Origin: Sphaerodactylus townsendi
Taxonomy: Eukaryota
Assembly (NCBI RefSeq): GCF_021028975.2
Contig: NC_059434.1
Coordinates: 23,064,001-23,128,000, forward strand
Length of the DNA: 64,000 nt
Direction of reading: 5' to 3'
Part shown: one piece after another, positions 1-14,300 of the stretch
Layout of the letters: each line of letters starts with the position of its first letter
Position numbering within the stretch: the first letter of the stretch is position 1
Position numbers and translations under genes: made by a program
The notes under the pieces: generated by a model
What the model was told of the DNA's origin: nothing
Databases searched by the model: none
The model's input: the letters and a program-made list of their open reading frames with translations, nothing else

Positions 1-1069
1 ACATACACAGCCTGCACTAATTGGTTAAGCATCTTGGTTTCAGGAAGGCATACTACAATTTAACACTATAGGTAAAGATTTCTCAAAATCATGGAACAAA
101 TGACCAGACATACACGAAGAAAAATTGGAGGGGAAAAAGGCAGCAAAACACATAAAGCATATGTGTCAAACTCGCAGCCCTCCAGATGCTGGCAGGGGAT
201 GATGGGAACTATAGTCCATAACATCTGGAGGGCTGCGAGTTTGACACCTGTAACATAAAGGGATCACTGTCATGAGAACAGTGAAGGAAGTTAAGCTAAA
301 CACATCTATCAGCCCCATCCGAAGGGGGAGGGCAAATCTGCCAGTGGGAGCACTGCGGCACAGCACTGGCAGATCTGCCCTCCCCAGGGCACTTACCCTG
401 ATGGGAGGGGTGAATCTGCCAGTGTGCAGCAGTGGAATGCCACGCCAACACCCCAGCACCCATGCCACCAGGGTAGTAGGGGTCGGCCCGGGGTGTGGTC
501 AGAGGAGGAGTCAACCTTAGTTGGCTTTCTTCCAGCCACTGCCCACATTACGCTGGCAGCCAAGGCCTCAGACTTAGACCACCAAAAAGATGGCATGAGT
601 CCATTCAGTCCAATGGGGGTTTCTTGGCAGTGGGGAGGCTTTTTTTGCATTTTAAGCCTCCCAATGCTGCTGGAAGCCCCCATGAAAGCAACAGGTCAGT
701 GCAGTCACAACTAGCCACCCAGCCCGTTGAGTGGGTCTGCCCCAACAGTTAGAATTGCTAACCCCCTGGGAAAAAAGTCCTGCTTTTTAATAGAAACTTA
801 ACTTGTGGAAATGGACAGCTGAAGTTTCTTATGACACAGAGCTAAATAGCATCCCGCTCAATCTCCATTAAAAGGACAGGAGTCCAGGCAGTTGACAACC
901 CAGCTGATAGTACAGGAAACCTAATAAAACCATACTATTAAGGCAAGAGAAGATGGAACGAGTTGTGCCAACTTAACTTAGAGGCCCAAAGCTGAGTACA
1001 CAGATCATTATACTGTACAGAGAAATAGAAAACCAGACCTGTAACAGACCCTGGAAATAATATAATCAA

Positions 1070-1960
1070 AACAGTTGCTTAAGGACTCACTTTATATTCT
1101 CACTGTCCCACACCAATCAAAAAGCAGGTAGCTGCAGTCTGCACTAGCTGGAATCAGAGATATCTTTGAGGGCAGCCCCAAACAGATTACAGTAGCCCAA
1201 TCTAGAAGATGCAGAAATGTAAATTGGCCTGGCTACAGTGGGAGATTACAGAAAGAATGACAGCTTGCAGGTCAAATGTACATGACAGAAGCCAGGCTTA
1301 GCAATTACTCCAATCTGTTCTTCAGGAAGCAAAGAGAATCCCCAAACATTTCACCCTATCTGATAAGGCTTTACACCAACCAAAGTTGGCATATCAATTT
1401 TTTCTAGAACATCCGATACCCTTACCTTGACCACTTCCATCTTCTCTTAATTTAATTTCAACTTGTTTCCCCTCATTCATAACATAGATTCAGGACAGAG
1501 ACCATGGAATATGAAAACTGTGACAGAGATATCTAACTGGGTATCCCCAATATCAATAACACCCCACTATGATGCTATAGATTACCTCAGGGCCTCATAT
1601 AAAAGCACAGCTACAATGTACACAATATATTGGGTACAGCACATTATAATTCCCCAGATGACCAGTGGAAATTGTTTGCTGTCTACAGAAAAGGACAGAA
1701 CAAAGCTACTTGACGATGGTTGACCTTATCAAAGACCTCAAGAAGGAAATGCTCTGCAATATCATAGTTACAGATCATGCACTGGCCCTACCAAAGGAAT
1801 GAAATAACCAGGTCAAAAGCCAGGCTGGAAAGGTCACAGGAAAATGTATCAGTCATGTCTGAAATTGTTCTGCCATCAATTTCTGAATCTTTACCATCAC
1901 ATTTTTAACAAAGGCCAAGACTTAAATCCCTAACAATCATTTGTCTGTTTGACCCACATC
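1070..1960 (-). mobile_element. Degraded L2/CR1-group LINE reverse transcriptase fragment
   Basis: Minus-strand remnants of RT motifs: AFDLV near 1810, DTQLDIS (YADDTQLY-like) near 1535, SRLGYCN near 1195. Many stops; boundaries approximate. Confidence 0.5.
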
Positions 1961-4486
1961 TTCCCTCTGCCCATCAATCCTAACTGAATCAGATAGAAAG
2001 GGATGAAACAATAAATAGCTGCATCTGAAACCTTGGTGTGCATTCTAAGTACAGGTCTGGTGCGACCCGTGATCAGTCAAAACTGCAATGTGGAAAGTCA
2101 CGGTGTGGTGGGGGAAGCAGTCCAAGCAGTGCTCCGTGCTAACCACAGAACTTTTCCCCTTTCTCCTTTCCTCTTCAGTCTGCTGTCCTCCCAAGTTCGG
2201 TGGAGCCTCATGAACTCTGAAGAACAGGCAAGCAATCTGCAATCAAAGACAATCTGATGCAAGTAAGAATGGGGCTTGCACTAATGGAAGGAAGACCCAA
2301 TCCCCACTATCCTTATCATATGCCATTAATAGAAAGGCTGCAGTCCGATGTGTAGAAGTTGCTTCTCCTCTTGTAGCCTGCAAAAAACTATAGTTGCCCC
2401 CAACCACCACCCCGTGACTTTCCACATTGCAGTCTTGACTGATCACAGGTCACACCAGACCCACACCCCTCACAACACAAGCACACAAGCTGCCAGAAAC
2501 ACCTGCAGCTCTGACGCTCACTCCCACCCTGAGGCAGCTTGTCTGTGCATGATGAAAAAAGGCCACAGACGTCACCTTGCCAGCCCAAGGCTCTTTGATA
2601 CACGCTTTGGGAGGGCCAAAAAATTGTGTGCGCTTTCCAAATCGTGGGGGGCGCTGCACCTCTAACCCCAGGGATGCGAAAGGAACAACTGTAATAGCAG
2701 AAGCACTAGGTAAGCAGGGTTGCAATTTTCTAGTACTTGTTCTATAACCTTCTGAACTTTTTCTATGTAACTTAAGTTGCAATTGTAACATAAGAACAAA
2801 AATCTACTTGAATACAATGTAGCTAGCCAAGAGTATTGGTGTTTTATTGCAACAAATGTACTGTTTGGATAATTTGTTTTCCTTTCTTTCCACAAATACA
2901 AAGGTTACATAGAAATGTTATTACTGTTTTATTGTTCAGTGATCTTTTGTTATTTATTCTTATAGAACAACACGCCTAATATGAAAGAATGCATTGTTAT
3001 CGTGAGTCTCCTGAAGGTTCAGACAAATACCTGCTCCTTTTTGCTCATGTAAATCCACCTCCCCTTTGCACAGGTCAGAGAAAATTCTTACAACCAGTAC
3101 ATTAGTAATTCCAGCAAACTGAACAAAGCAAGGAGGACTACAGATGTTTAGATGAAGATGAAATATTTACACTTTACTATAGAAAAACTGAGTGAAAGGG
3201 GAGAGATGCTTATGCCACATAGCAGAAGTACTGAAAACCTGGCCACCTCATCCAGCAGAGCATTTTACACAGCAACCAACTAGATGCCTCCAGAAGGCAT
3301 GTAAATAAGGCACAGAAACTAAAGCCTTCCCCACTGGTATTCAGAGGATTACTACCTCTGAGTTTGGAGGTTCAGTTTGGTTGCTGTGACCGTCTGTAGT
3401 GCTATCACCCATGAATGTATCTAAACCCTTTTAAAACCACCTAAAGCAGGGTTGTTGCACTCGTTTATTACCAGGACTGGATATGACAGATGCAACTTGG
3501 GCAGCCTGGGCCCAGTGAAGCAGGGGTGGCTGCCTCGCCCCCAGAACAGCAATAAGGGATGGCCTGGCCTGGTGACCTGACAGTGAGGTGAGGCGGCTGC
3601 CTTGAGAGGGTTTATCAGGCCCACATGCCAGCTAAGCAAACCCCCCCGCCCTTCACTCCAGATCTGGAGCAATGGGAGCTACCTCAGCTGTCCTGCAGGC
3701 CTGATAATCAACTTTAATGGGGCACATCTGGCCCCCGAGTCACATGTTTGACACCCCTAAGCGATGCTGTATTTCAACACTACACCCTGCTTTCCTACTC
3801 AAGTGCTTCTTGTTGTCTGTCTCAAATCTACTGTTCATTAAATTCACTGGATCCTACTAGTTACAGCATTATGAGAGAAAAAGTTCTTTCTATCTACTTT
3901 CCTCCACCCCACACATAATTTTATAAACCTCTAACACATTCCTTCTGTCATCTTCTCTCTAAATCAAAATACACCAAATTCCTTTGTCTTTTCTTGTCAG
4001 GAAAGCATTCAAATCTCCGTATCGTTTTGACTGCCCTTTTCTGCAGTACTATACAATCCATTCTGAGAAACAACAGCTAGAACTGCAGCTCTGCCATACA
4101 TGAACACCAGAGCACTACAATACTGGATGTTTCATTTTCCCAACAAACCCCATCATAGCTTTGCTTATAGCTTTGTGGGCGCTAAAGTTTTACATCTGGG
4201 ATTTGAAACATACTCCTGAAATGGGAAAAATAATAAGCAGGGTGCTGAAGCACTTGTCCTGGATTCAAAATAAGGCCATGGAGGCTTCCCGTTGTGGAAC
4301 ATTTTATACAAAAACAACATTAGCCTGAATCCCTTTGCTTCTTCGAATTGGCCACCATGGAGGAAAGAGACACACAAACCAATATACAACAAAAACTGCA
4401 TAGAATCAAAGCATTCTACATACACAGGTTGAAAACTACATATCCTTTGGGATTCAGTTCCAACCTGGACTTTTCTGCTTTTCTAT

Positions 4487-4625
4487 GGTCCCTTCCATAC
4501 ATGCTGAATTTCACTTTCAATCCACTCTGCAGCTGGATTTTACTGTGCAAAATAGCAAAATCCACTTGCAAACAATTGTGAAAGTGGACTGAAAGTGCAT
4601 TATTCTGCATGTGGGGAAAGGGCCT
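4487..4625. mobile_element. Palindromic PIF/Harbinger-type MITE
   Basis: Termini GGTCCCTTCC...GGAAAGGGCC flanked by TAT/TAT. Same family as the copy at 26621-26761. Confidence 0.55.
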
Positions 4626-6743
4626 ATGAACTGTACCACTTTAATTACTAACACCTGCGTGGAGGTGTGCTGGCAACTGACTTTTAGAGACTGACAGAGT
4701 TCTTTCTTTTCAAGGACATTTTCTTCAGCAACAGAAACCTTTGCAGAGCCAAAAGAAGTTCAACTTGGTAATTTTTATGTCTAATGTCTTTGTTGAACTA
4801 GAAAAGAATATCTCTCTCTGTTGGTCTGATGAAATAGGGACCTGCTCATGTATATATATTCTATTTCAGATTGTTGTAAGAACAAGTTAATATATGACTC
4901 ACTGACCTGCATTCAAAGTAAGTAGAATGAAAACACTGCCTTTTAGAGTTGGAACTGTAATATGGAAATAAACAATAATATATTTATTTACATTGTAGAT
5001 ACAAAGCACTCACAAGCCTTTGAAGATTTTCAAAGTCAGAATATATCCAGAAACTGGTCACTCGTGTTGGGTTTTCAATATTCAACATTTAGTGATTAGC
5101 TATCCCTGAAAAGATTACGGAAGCAATTGTTAAAGCGCTGATTAGTTCTTACGAATGCATTCTTGTCTGTATGTGAGATTTACTTGAAAATGTATTGAGG
5201 CATTACTGAGACACAGCCCTTTTAATGTATATATTATATTTAATCAACTCACAAATTATACAGTCTGTTAGCCACATTGAGTGCAAATATTTGCTTGTTT
5301 GGTTATTCCATTTGCATGCCCCCCCACCCCCCACCAAGTACTGTATACATCCTGAAATGGATGGAATTCCACCCATTCCCTGGGAAAGAAGAAATGGATG
5401 TGTCTGCCTCAAGAATACATTTGCTTTTTTGCTAGCCAGGATGCAAGGACAGAGCTACAATAAAGTACATCACATCAATTCCCATGCCTTGAAAATATGA
5501 TGACCTGACTGTGTACCACCAAAATACAATATCAACAGTTTTCATACTGGTAATAATGTATTTGAGCATAAATTCTATTGAGATCCAGAGAAACTGGCCT
5601 CCACTATACTGTAATATTACAGTCAGAGAATCTTCAGTGGTTGATTTCAAATATAATTTTTCATATTTAACCCCATCTTTAGAAATCTTCAGGACATAAG
5701 TTTCATTCCACAGCCATAACATTACTGAAAACAGACATTTCGCAGCCAGAGATGTGTCATTTGGACGTACAGATATATATTTTCTTTTTTAAAGTCCCCC
5801 ATATTGGGGCAGCTAACTAACATCTACATGTTACCACCATAGCTGAGGTCCAAGAATCATTTCCCAGGGACCAATACAAGCTGGCAATTCAGCCTGACTC
5901 CATGCCATCCATCCAATGAACCACAAACAAAAATCCTGTATTGTTTTAGAAATTTTAAAATGATATACTAGTAGCCCAGGCCAGATACCCTGGCAAAATG
6001 CACTTATCTTCTCTCATGGCCCCATGCTTGTATCCTGACCCAGCTGAATAGAAATATATATGTTAAGTGAATGTTTAACTTTACACAATAAGATATCATA
6101 ATTTTTTAAACCACAGTTTGTTTCTGCTGTTCAGGCACTCCAGACAGACACATTTCCCAAAATAAGGTGATACTCTGCCCAGGAAATTCTGCTGCACTGT
6201 TCCCAAACACTAACAATACCTCAACTATAACAGCAGAATGCATAGAATGTATTCTCCCTCCCCACCCCCACCCCCTGCATTTAACAGGGTTCTGGTAAGC
6301 CTGTTGGACCTAAAGAGTGAAAAACACAAGAGCTGGCTGGAGCAACAAAGACACATTGCTTCACTTGTTCCATGTTTCCCTCCAACAGAAGGCCCTTGTT
6401 CTCCTACCACACGTGTAGCCAGCCTCATGTCTTGGCCCCTCCAGCCCAGAAGCGACCTGCCACGCAGTCCTCCCCTCTTGGCCTGTACATGCATGCACAC
6501 ACTCCTCTTCATGCTGCTCTCCTTCCAGCCACCAGGCTAACCTCTGGCAAAACAACTGCAGCTTCCACGACAGGCCAGAATATGGGGAGAGATGGGTAGG
6601 TTCACGCCCACGTCTCCCGTCTAGCCTAGGTGTGATGCATGTTTATGTTACACATAATAGATCTGCGAGAGAGTATCGGGAGCATGAAAGCTAGGTGCCT
6701 GCAAGAGCGCAAGGGGAAAAGCTCATCCTCCCCACCCCACTGA

Positions 6744-6882
6744 NNNNNNNNNNNNNNNNNNNNNNNNNNNNNNNNNNNNNNNNNNNNNNNNNNNNNNNNN
6801 NNNNNNNNNNNNNNNNNNNNNNNNNNNNNNNNNNNNNNNNNNNNNNNNNNNNNNNNNNNNNNNNNNNNNNNNNNNNNNNNNN
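6744..6882. other. Assembly gap (139 N)
   Basis: Run of n characters. Confidence 1.
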
Positions 6883-7549
6883 CACCCCCTGCAGAAAGAG
6901 AGATTAAGGCATTGCCTTAAGGGCCTCTTTTTTCTCTCACAAAGGCATGACCATGCTGGACAGTTACCTGGGGGCCCCACGCACATGGGGCCCCCTATGT
7001 ATGTTGAGACTTGCTGCCAATAAATACTATACTAACCTACAAATACTTGTTACTAGAAAATGCATGTCTACCAGGTATTTTACTAAAGATAATGAACATT
7101 CACGTTAATCTTTAGGACAACAAGAAAACATAAGGGCATTCGCCTCTGATTTAGGAACACTCTCACATCTGCAACCACACGTGCATACATGTGTACGTCT
7201 CTCAAGCACGGCTTGGGTGGGGGGGAGACTATAATGCTGTTAAGGCGGCCCTGCTCGCTCGCTCTCACACACCTCCCCACGTAAGAGATGCGAGAGGGCA
7301 CAGGTGGCTGAAAGGGAGCCAACGGGGAACGTCGACCCACTTAATTCACCCTGCTGTAAGAAGCCCAATAAAGGACGGGAGGGTGAAGGATACGGGAGAG
7401 GGGGGAGTGGCAGAGGAATACACGCGACCCCTCCCCCCCCAAAAAAGATGGGGTTTCTAAAGGGGACGGTAGAGGTGGGAAGAGAGGGAGGTGGCTGAGG
7501 GGAAGGAAGCGCTCAGAACAGACAGGGCTTCTTCCTCCTCCTCCTCTCC

Positions 7550-8330
7550 TCTCCTCAGGCTGTAAACAAAAGAGACCCAGCGGGCAACGAGCGGGTGGTG
7601 GGGCGGAAGCTTCCGACTGGCTCTGCCCCGTTTACAAAGCGGGTCTCGAGGCGGAGGGGCGGTTGGTTTCAGTTGGGAGCAGGGGGGCGGGCTCAGCCCA
7701 ACCTTACCCGCGACGCCGCCTCCTCCCCAGGTGGGCTCAGCTCACCTCCTTCCCTCCTGCTTCCAGGTGAGCTGGTGGGCGGGGGGCTCCGACGCAGCCC
7801 AGAGACTTTCTCCTTCTCCGGAAGCGCCTCGCGCACCGCCGCGGCCACTCGCCGTCTCCTCCTCCTCCTCCTCCTCCTCACGACGGTGGGTGCGGGCCCT
7901 TTAAGGATTTCGTTGCGATCCAGACCGAGGGACGACTGCAGCCTCTGCCCGCGTCTCTCCCTCCAGCTTTCTCGGCTCCGTCCTCTGCCCGCCTCAGCCA
8001 CTTCCCCATTGGCAGGACCCCCTCAAACAGGAACAAACATCTCCGCCGCTCATTCGCCAATTCTCACGCCCCTCTGGCGTCGCGGACTCCGTTCTTCATC
8101 CTGAGTGGTGCTCCCGCAGTTCGAGGCCCGCCTCTGGGACGGGGCACAAAGGCGGGAGCTCGTCTCCGCCAATGAACGCGGAGGAGTAGGAATCCGTCCC
8201 TCCTATTGGTGTCACGGAATGGCCTCCTCTCCTTTGGAGTGGTCGCGAGTGAGGTCACTCCACCGTCTTAGCCAGGCTGTCCTCGGGAGCCCTTAGTCGC
8301 CCAAGGAAAAATGCGGACGCCTGCGAGGAC
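7550..8330 (-). promoter_or_regulatory. CpG-island promoter, probably of FRYL
   Basis: CpG-dense segment with CCAAT boxes at 8008-8012 (-), 8057-8061, 8169-8173 and 8205-8209 (-), plus GC boxes. Gene identity rests on the vertebrate order FRYL(-)-OCIAD1(+)-OCIAD2(-). Confidence 0.7.
7708..7995 (-). other. FRYL: Non-coding first exon, probably FRYL 5'UTR
   Basis: No minus-strand ATG in the interval. Strong donors AG|GTGAGC (exon end 7746) and GG|GTAAGG (exon end 7708). Contains (GAG)8 at 7856-7879. TSS approximate; no FRYL coding sequence in the window, so the name is by synteny only. Confidence 0.5.
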
Positions 8331-11300
8331 TTGCCCTTTAAGTACGGCTTGACCAGTTAGGGACCATGTGAAAAAACACAACTTCATTTTTCCATGAGAA
8401 CAACAGTAAACGGCCCAGTGAAGCTAAATGGAAACATGAGTTGCTGCCTTAGAAAAAGGACTTTTTAAAGTCTTTGTCTGCATGCAAATGCAGGTTGAAA
8501 GGGAGTCGGTAAATGCAAATATCATTTGTGAATTACCTGATAGAGCAAGGGTGTGTGAATTGGCACATAACGACAGAAGTACTGCAGGTATGACATTTAT
8601 ATGGTTGTGGGAAATATTAGGACAATAAAAAAATTTACTTATTTAACATTCCTTCCCCCCCCCCCCCACACACACACAGTTGGGGAACAACATGGATATC
8701 AGTTACATTGAGCCTTTGGACACTTTTGGAATTCTGGCATGGCATGATGGGCACACAATGGTGGCCACAGGAGGTGGAGCCAGCTTCAAGATGATTGCCA
8801 CAGTTTGTGTCCAGTCACTCAGGGAAGACTCTTGTGTTATAGTGGCAGCTGCTATCCAAGCAACATTTTTAGTCAAATTTCCAATGTCCATCCAAACCCT
8901 TGCTGGGCAAAAGTCCTACCTGGCCATACATACCGGTACTTCCTAAGAATACTTGGCAGGTGCTGGAAAAGATGTCTTTTCCGTGGGCACTACGTTTGGG
9001 ACCCCTTTAGAATCACTAAAAGACAATATAACAATTAAGGTGCCAGATTAGGATCTGGGAAACCCCGGTTCAAATCCCCACTCATGCCATGAAAGCCTGG
9101 TTGGTGACTTTGGGCCAGTTACACACTCTCAACCCTGACTAGTACTTGGATGGGAAAACTAGTACTTGGATGGGAATACCAGGGTTGTGACAAAGAGGCA
9201 GGCAATGGCAAACCACCTCCAAAGGACTCTTGCCTTTAAAACTTTACGGCGATTGCCATAAGCCAACTGTGACTTGGCATTTAAAAAGGGGGGGGGGTTG
9301 GAATCTCTGAGCCAGAATGCTGTGGCCAGGCTGCTGACAGTAAAAAAATGAAAATCTAAGTAAGACATAGATTGGGGCATCCAATTCTTACCCTCTACAT
9401 GTTTATGGACTATGATTCCCATTAGCCCCTGATAGGAGAGAGAGAGGGAGAGAGAGTGTGTGTGTGTTTTATGAGTATCAGAGAAATGTAAGATTTAAGC
9501 AAGACACTAGCTCTTGCAAGAAGCTGTAAATTCACTGATAGCTAAGGGTAAAAGAATGTAACAATGAAGCCAGGAGAGATAACCGGAAGAAAAACAGGCT
9601 TGGTTGATATAGCAACCAAAATCCTAGTACAGGGCAGAGGTATGACATAAAGAATATAACCAAATATAGAAAGCAAAGGTGAGCTATGGGAGGGGGAAAA
9701 GGTTAAGAGCATGACAGGTACCCTATACGTCTTCACAGCCCAACCAATGAATAATGTTGGAAGAGTTGCTTTGGAGGGTCTAATGGAAAAGGTATAAGCC
9801 ATGTCTGCGAACAATAGAGCTCTAAAACTCCTCCCTGTAGCTCACAGGAAATCTCCCAAAACTATAGTTTTGAATGATTAAAACTTTGAAACAGAGGAAT
9901 CTCTTGGAACTGGTTTATTTTAACCTGGCAGAGCTTTTGCTCTGTGCTTATCACCCCTACCAGCAATCCCTTATTCAGGCTTAGTATTCTGAACAAAGCT
10001 TCATAAAAATGAAACATTAACACCAAAGTTGTAGTCCATTTTCCTCATGATAGATGAGGTTACCTACTCAAAGTAATTGACAGATAAGCTTAACAATTTT
10101 TGCATCTCCTGCATTCTTAAACAGGCTAACTTTATAAGGCCAGTATTCATTTAAGCGTTCATGTATTTCATTTTTAAAAGCAACATTTATTTTAAGACTG
10201 CCAAATATTTGCAGATGGGATGGGAGATGTATTCATAATGTAATCAGTTCTGTGCACAACAAACTTCACATTCAAACGGAACCAGATTTTCTTGAGCTCA
10301 ATCCTGGAGATAAAATTGGTCATTTGGATGGACTACTGTGAATGCACATTCAGAATACCTCCATCTGATTAAAACAATCTATTTCTCCATCTGAAATGTT
10401 AAAAAGTAACAGCAGATTCCAACGATAGTTTTTCTCAAGAATTACACTGGGCAAAGCTTCAAAAATGACTGGTATTCAACATACATTTGATTAAACTGAA
10501 GCAGAATTAGGATCCACATAGACTTCCATTGTGAAGGAGTCTAGCTGAAACATCCAAATCCAACCAGAATTTGCATCAAGAAAATCCTTCACTTTCTTAT
10601 TTATTGCTGAAACGAGGAAATGCTTCATATTCTCCACGTAAAATAGATGATTGCAAATTTCAAATGGTATTGAATCAGTTAGGAAGAAAGTTTATATGTA
10701 ATTGTAAACAAAAATACATATATGTTATAAAACATACTTCTTGGTACATACTATAATGTATTAACTGTTTCTGAACAAATGAGATGCAAGATATTGTATA
10801 ATTTTAACTGATTTTATTCCTGGAAATACTGCAGCTAGGGTTGCATTGCTATGCACTTACTAGTGAGGAGGTCCCATTGAAATCAGTTGATATTACTTCC
10901 CCAGCAAACATGCTGTCAGGTTAAAAGTATTTTGCTTGCAAGTTAACCTATGAAGAATCTGTACAACATGATTTCATAAAACCATGACTGCAATCTTATG
11001 TGCACTACCATAGGAGCGAGTCCATTATTACAATAGCAAGTTAATGTGCAGTTAAGCCTGTGATTAAAAACTTAATTCTCTCCAGAGAAGTTAAGTTTTT
11101 AATCTAAGATTATGCCATACACTATGAAGCGAGGAAGCAAGAAAACATTTCCTTTCCCTAAATAAAATCAAGAGGAAACTGTCTTTGTGCCAATGTCATG
11201 TAAAATATGCAGATATCTTTGCCAGAAATTATTCACATTGTTTTACCCAGATAAAGTATTGAACTTCCCAGACTTTTCTAGCTCAGTCCAGAGTCTGAGA

Positions 11301-14300
11301 AAGCTATAAAGCTTTATAGCTGGAAGAACACATTTCATTATAAGGAGGTACAAGTATAAAATATTTCAAAAATCTTTTATGTTTGTACCTTCTTTCATAA
11401 GGGGATATAATAAGATGTATACAGTTTTTGTCACCATTTGGACACTTCTTGCAACTCCTCTCAGACAATTTATATAATCTATTAATAGTACACAAGAGAA
11501 AGGGACCTTTTCATGAACATAAACACGGCTGCAAAATTCCAGGGTTTATTTAAATGGCTGTGAGGATAAAACTCTGAAAAGACTTTAGAGTGCTGAATAC
11601 AAGAAAGAATTTAACTAAGCTCAACTTTTCCAGCCCAAATGCAACTAGTGCACATAAAAGCAGAGTAAATGTGCACAAACACAGGCCTACTGTAATGTCA
11701 TTAGTTTCAGGATAACAGCAAAACGCTTTCACTTCATAACATATCTACAGATACACAATTAACTTGTTAAATGTTGTCTTTGAAAAATACATTCTTGAAT
11801 CATGTTTACATCAAGTGCATCTGTCTGGTGCTTTCTTTCTCAGGCTATTTATAGGCACTCTGGAGAATATGTCATTGACAATCATTGTAACTGGTGGTTC
11901 CTTGCTGGGCTAAACTTCTAGACATTTTCAGCCAACTCTTGTAATGTGCCCTCGAGCCTTGGATGTTGATTTAAATATCTGCAATATTAAAAGTACCAAA
12001 CTACAGACTATATTGCTATACTGCAAAGTGGCCACTTGTCATACTAGTTAGTGTTCCTATGCTATATCCGCTGTGCTATTTTTACAATTCACCAGGCTTT
12101 GGTTTAAGTCCAAAACCACATTAAATAAAGGGAAAATAATTGTATTGATTTTCCGCTCATATAGCTTTTTTCAACTGCTACAATTGCAGAATTCATTGCA
12201 GCTCTTTGGATCATTTGGCCAATTCAGATCTCACATGCTCAATGCAAACTGTCCCCAGGGAACAGCCAATTTGCACTGTGTAAAGTAAACTCACTGGTGT
12301 AGCTAGGGAGGCATGAGGGGGATGGAGACCCAGGTGTCATTTCTTGGTTGCGCATTTACAGCTGCACCCCTCTCCATAACTGTGCCCTGGTCCAGAACTC
12401 CCTGAGGAGTTTGGGATAGGCACACAGTTGAAAGCTTGGGAAGCTAACCTTGGAGCTTGCAGGGGCAGAGCCAACAGCATAACACTACAGATGCGAGAGC
12501 AATTTACTTCAGTCTGAACCTGGCTTGAATTCAGGCCTGGAGGCTGGAAGCCTGCAACTTAGAGATAGATCAAAGTTTGGCTGAGGCCAGGCTAAAATGG
12601 GCCCTTGCTGCTTCCATCACCACATGGAGATCAGGCATGGGGCCAGTCGGCTGATCCCACCCAACCTCCACTTGGAGATGAGGGCAAAGCAAGCCTGGCT
12701 GGCCCCATTCCCAATCTCCATGTAGAGATTGCGGGCAGGGCGAGACCCGCTTGCCGGTCTTCAACTGCCCTCAGTCTTGGCAGGGGCACAGCTGGGAGAA
12801 GCACAGCTTCCAGGTTAGCTTTGGGCACCATTTTAAGTAGCTCTGACCCTGTGTAAACTGGACCTTAATGGTTTAATTATTACTGAGAAAGGTTATTGTT
12901 CATTACTTAGTGTTAATTCTTTTCCTAATTTACTTATATTTAAGAGTTTTCTTCATGAATAATATGTACCCTTGCTATTGTGAGAAAATACTTGTATAGT
13001 AAACAGCAGTTTCTGCATTGGATTGTTTTGCAAGAGTCAGTTCATGGTTAATTCTGTTCTTTGTGGAACTCAGAATTATGACTCATATCATTGTATAAAT
13101 GAACAAGAAATATTTTAAGCAGTTTTGTGCTTTTGTAATAGGTGGCATTCACCTGGCCAGTTAGATAGTTTGGTGCATGTTCACAATGGACTGGCTTGCT
13201 GGAATTACCTATGTCCCAATGTCATAATGGGCAAGTCATACAACATTTAAAACTAGTTAGATTTTGAGCATATGCACTACTACTTTTGCACTTAATCAAT
13301 TTATAGCATTCATCTCTCAGCGGCATGCACCATATTGGAATGTACTTAGAGCATACTGGATGGAGCTAAAGTTCCCAAGCAGCTATACAAAAACATTGCA
13401 AATAATTTGTAATCCAATTTTGGACACCTGGGAATATGAATACTCCTAGTTTTGAGAGCAGGTAAGACTGGAATTACTCAAGTAACATCCAACAGCTCCT
13501 TCCCCCCCAAAGCAGGACTGAGATAACAAAAAAAGCACCTCTTTTGGTTTTCTTTTTCTGTCAGGTGGGGTGGAGGGGACAGGGAGTGGGTGAAGGGGAC
13601 AGGGAGTAGAGTTACCCACTCTGGCTTGGGAAAATCCTGGCTAGTTGGGGGCAGTTTCAGGGAAGAGTGGAGTTTATGGAGGGAACTCGGTGGGGACGTG
13701 ATGCCAGAGTTTGCTCTCCAAAACTGCTTTTTTCTCCAGTGGAACCAAGTTATATAGTGTGGAGACAAGTTTTGATTCCAGGAGAATTCCAGGCCCCACC
13801 CGAGCAGGGAGACAGCTGTGGCAAAGAAGCTTGAGAACACATGCCACCACATCTACAGTACAATTTCGAACAGTTTTGAGCAATTGTTGCCCTAACCTTT
13901 CCGAACCTCTGTACAGAAGTTCCTTATCTCTGTGTGGAACTGAGCCGCCTGCGAGAGTTCCCCTTGTTGGGCAGCTGCCCAGTCTGCACAGCACCAATAT
14001 AGTGTCAGTGCAGTTGGGCAGCTTGAGTGTTAAGAGAGTGTTTCAAGGTGCTGCTCTCAATTTGGTATCAAATAATAATTGAACGGATCATTGTAAACCA
14101 TATTCCCAGGATCACTTCAAAGTAACAAGTACATGACAAGGACTGCTCCATGTTGTCCTTTTTAATATGCTCTATTTGCATTGAAATTCCATGCAACTCT
14201 TATGCAGAGTTATTAAGGCCTGCTCCTTCGGTTATTGATTTATATCACACCATTCTCCTAAATACTCAGGGTGCATAACACATTCCCAACTGGCAGTGAA

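Noticed and set aside
7595-8104. Long ORFs (169 aa +, 102 aa -) with poly-Leu/poly-Arg
   Set aside because: By-products of a GC-rich CpG island and a (CTC)8 repeat; non-ATG starts and no recognisable protein.
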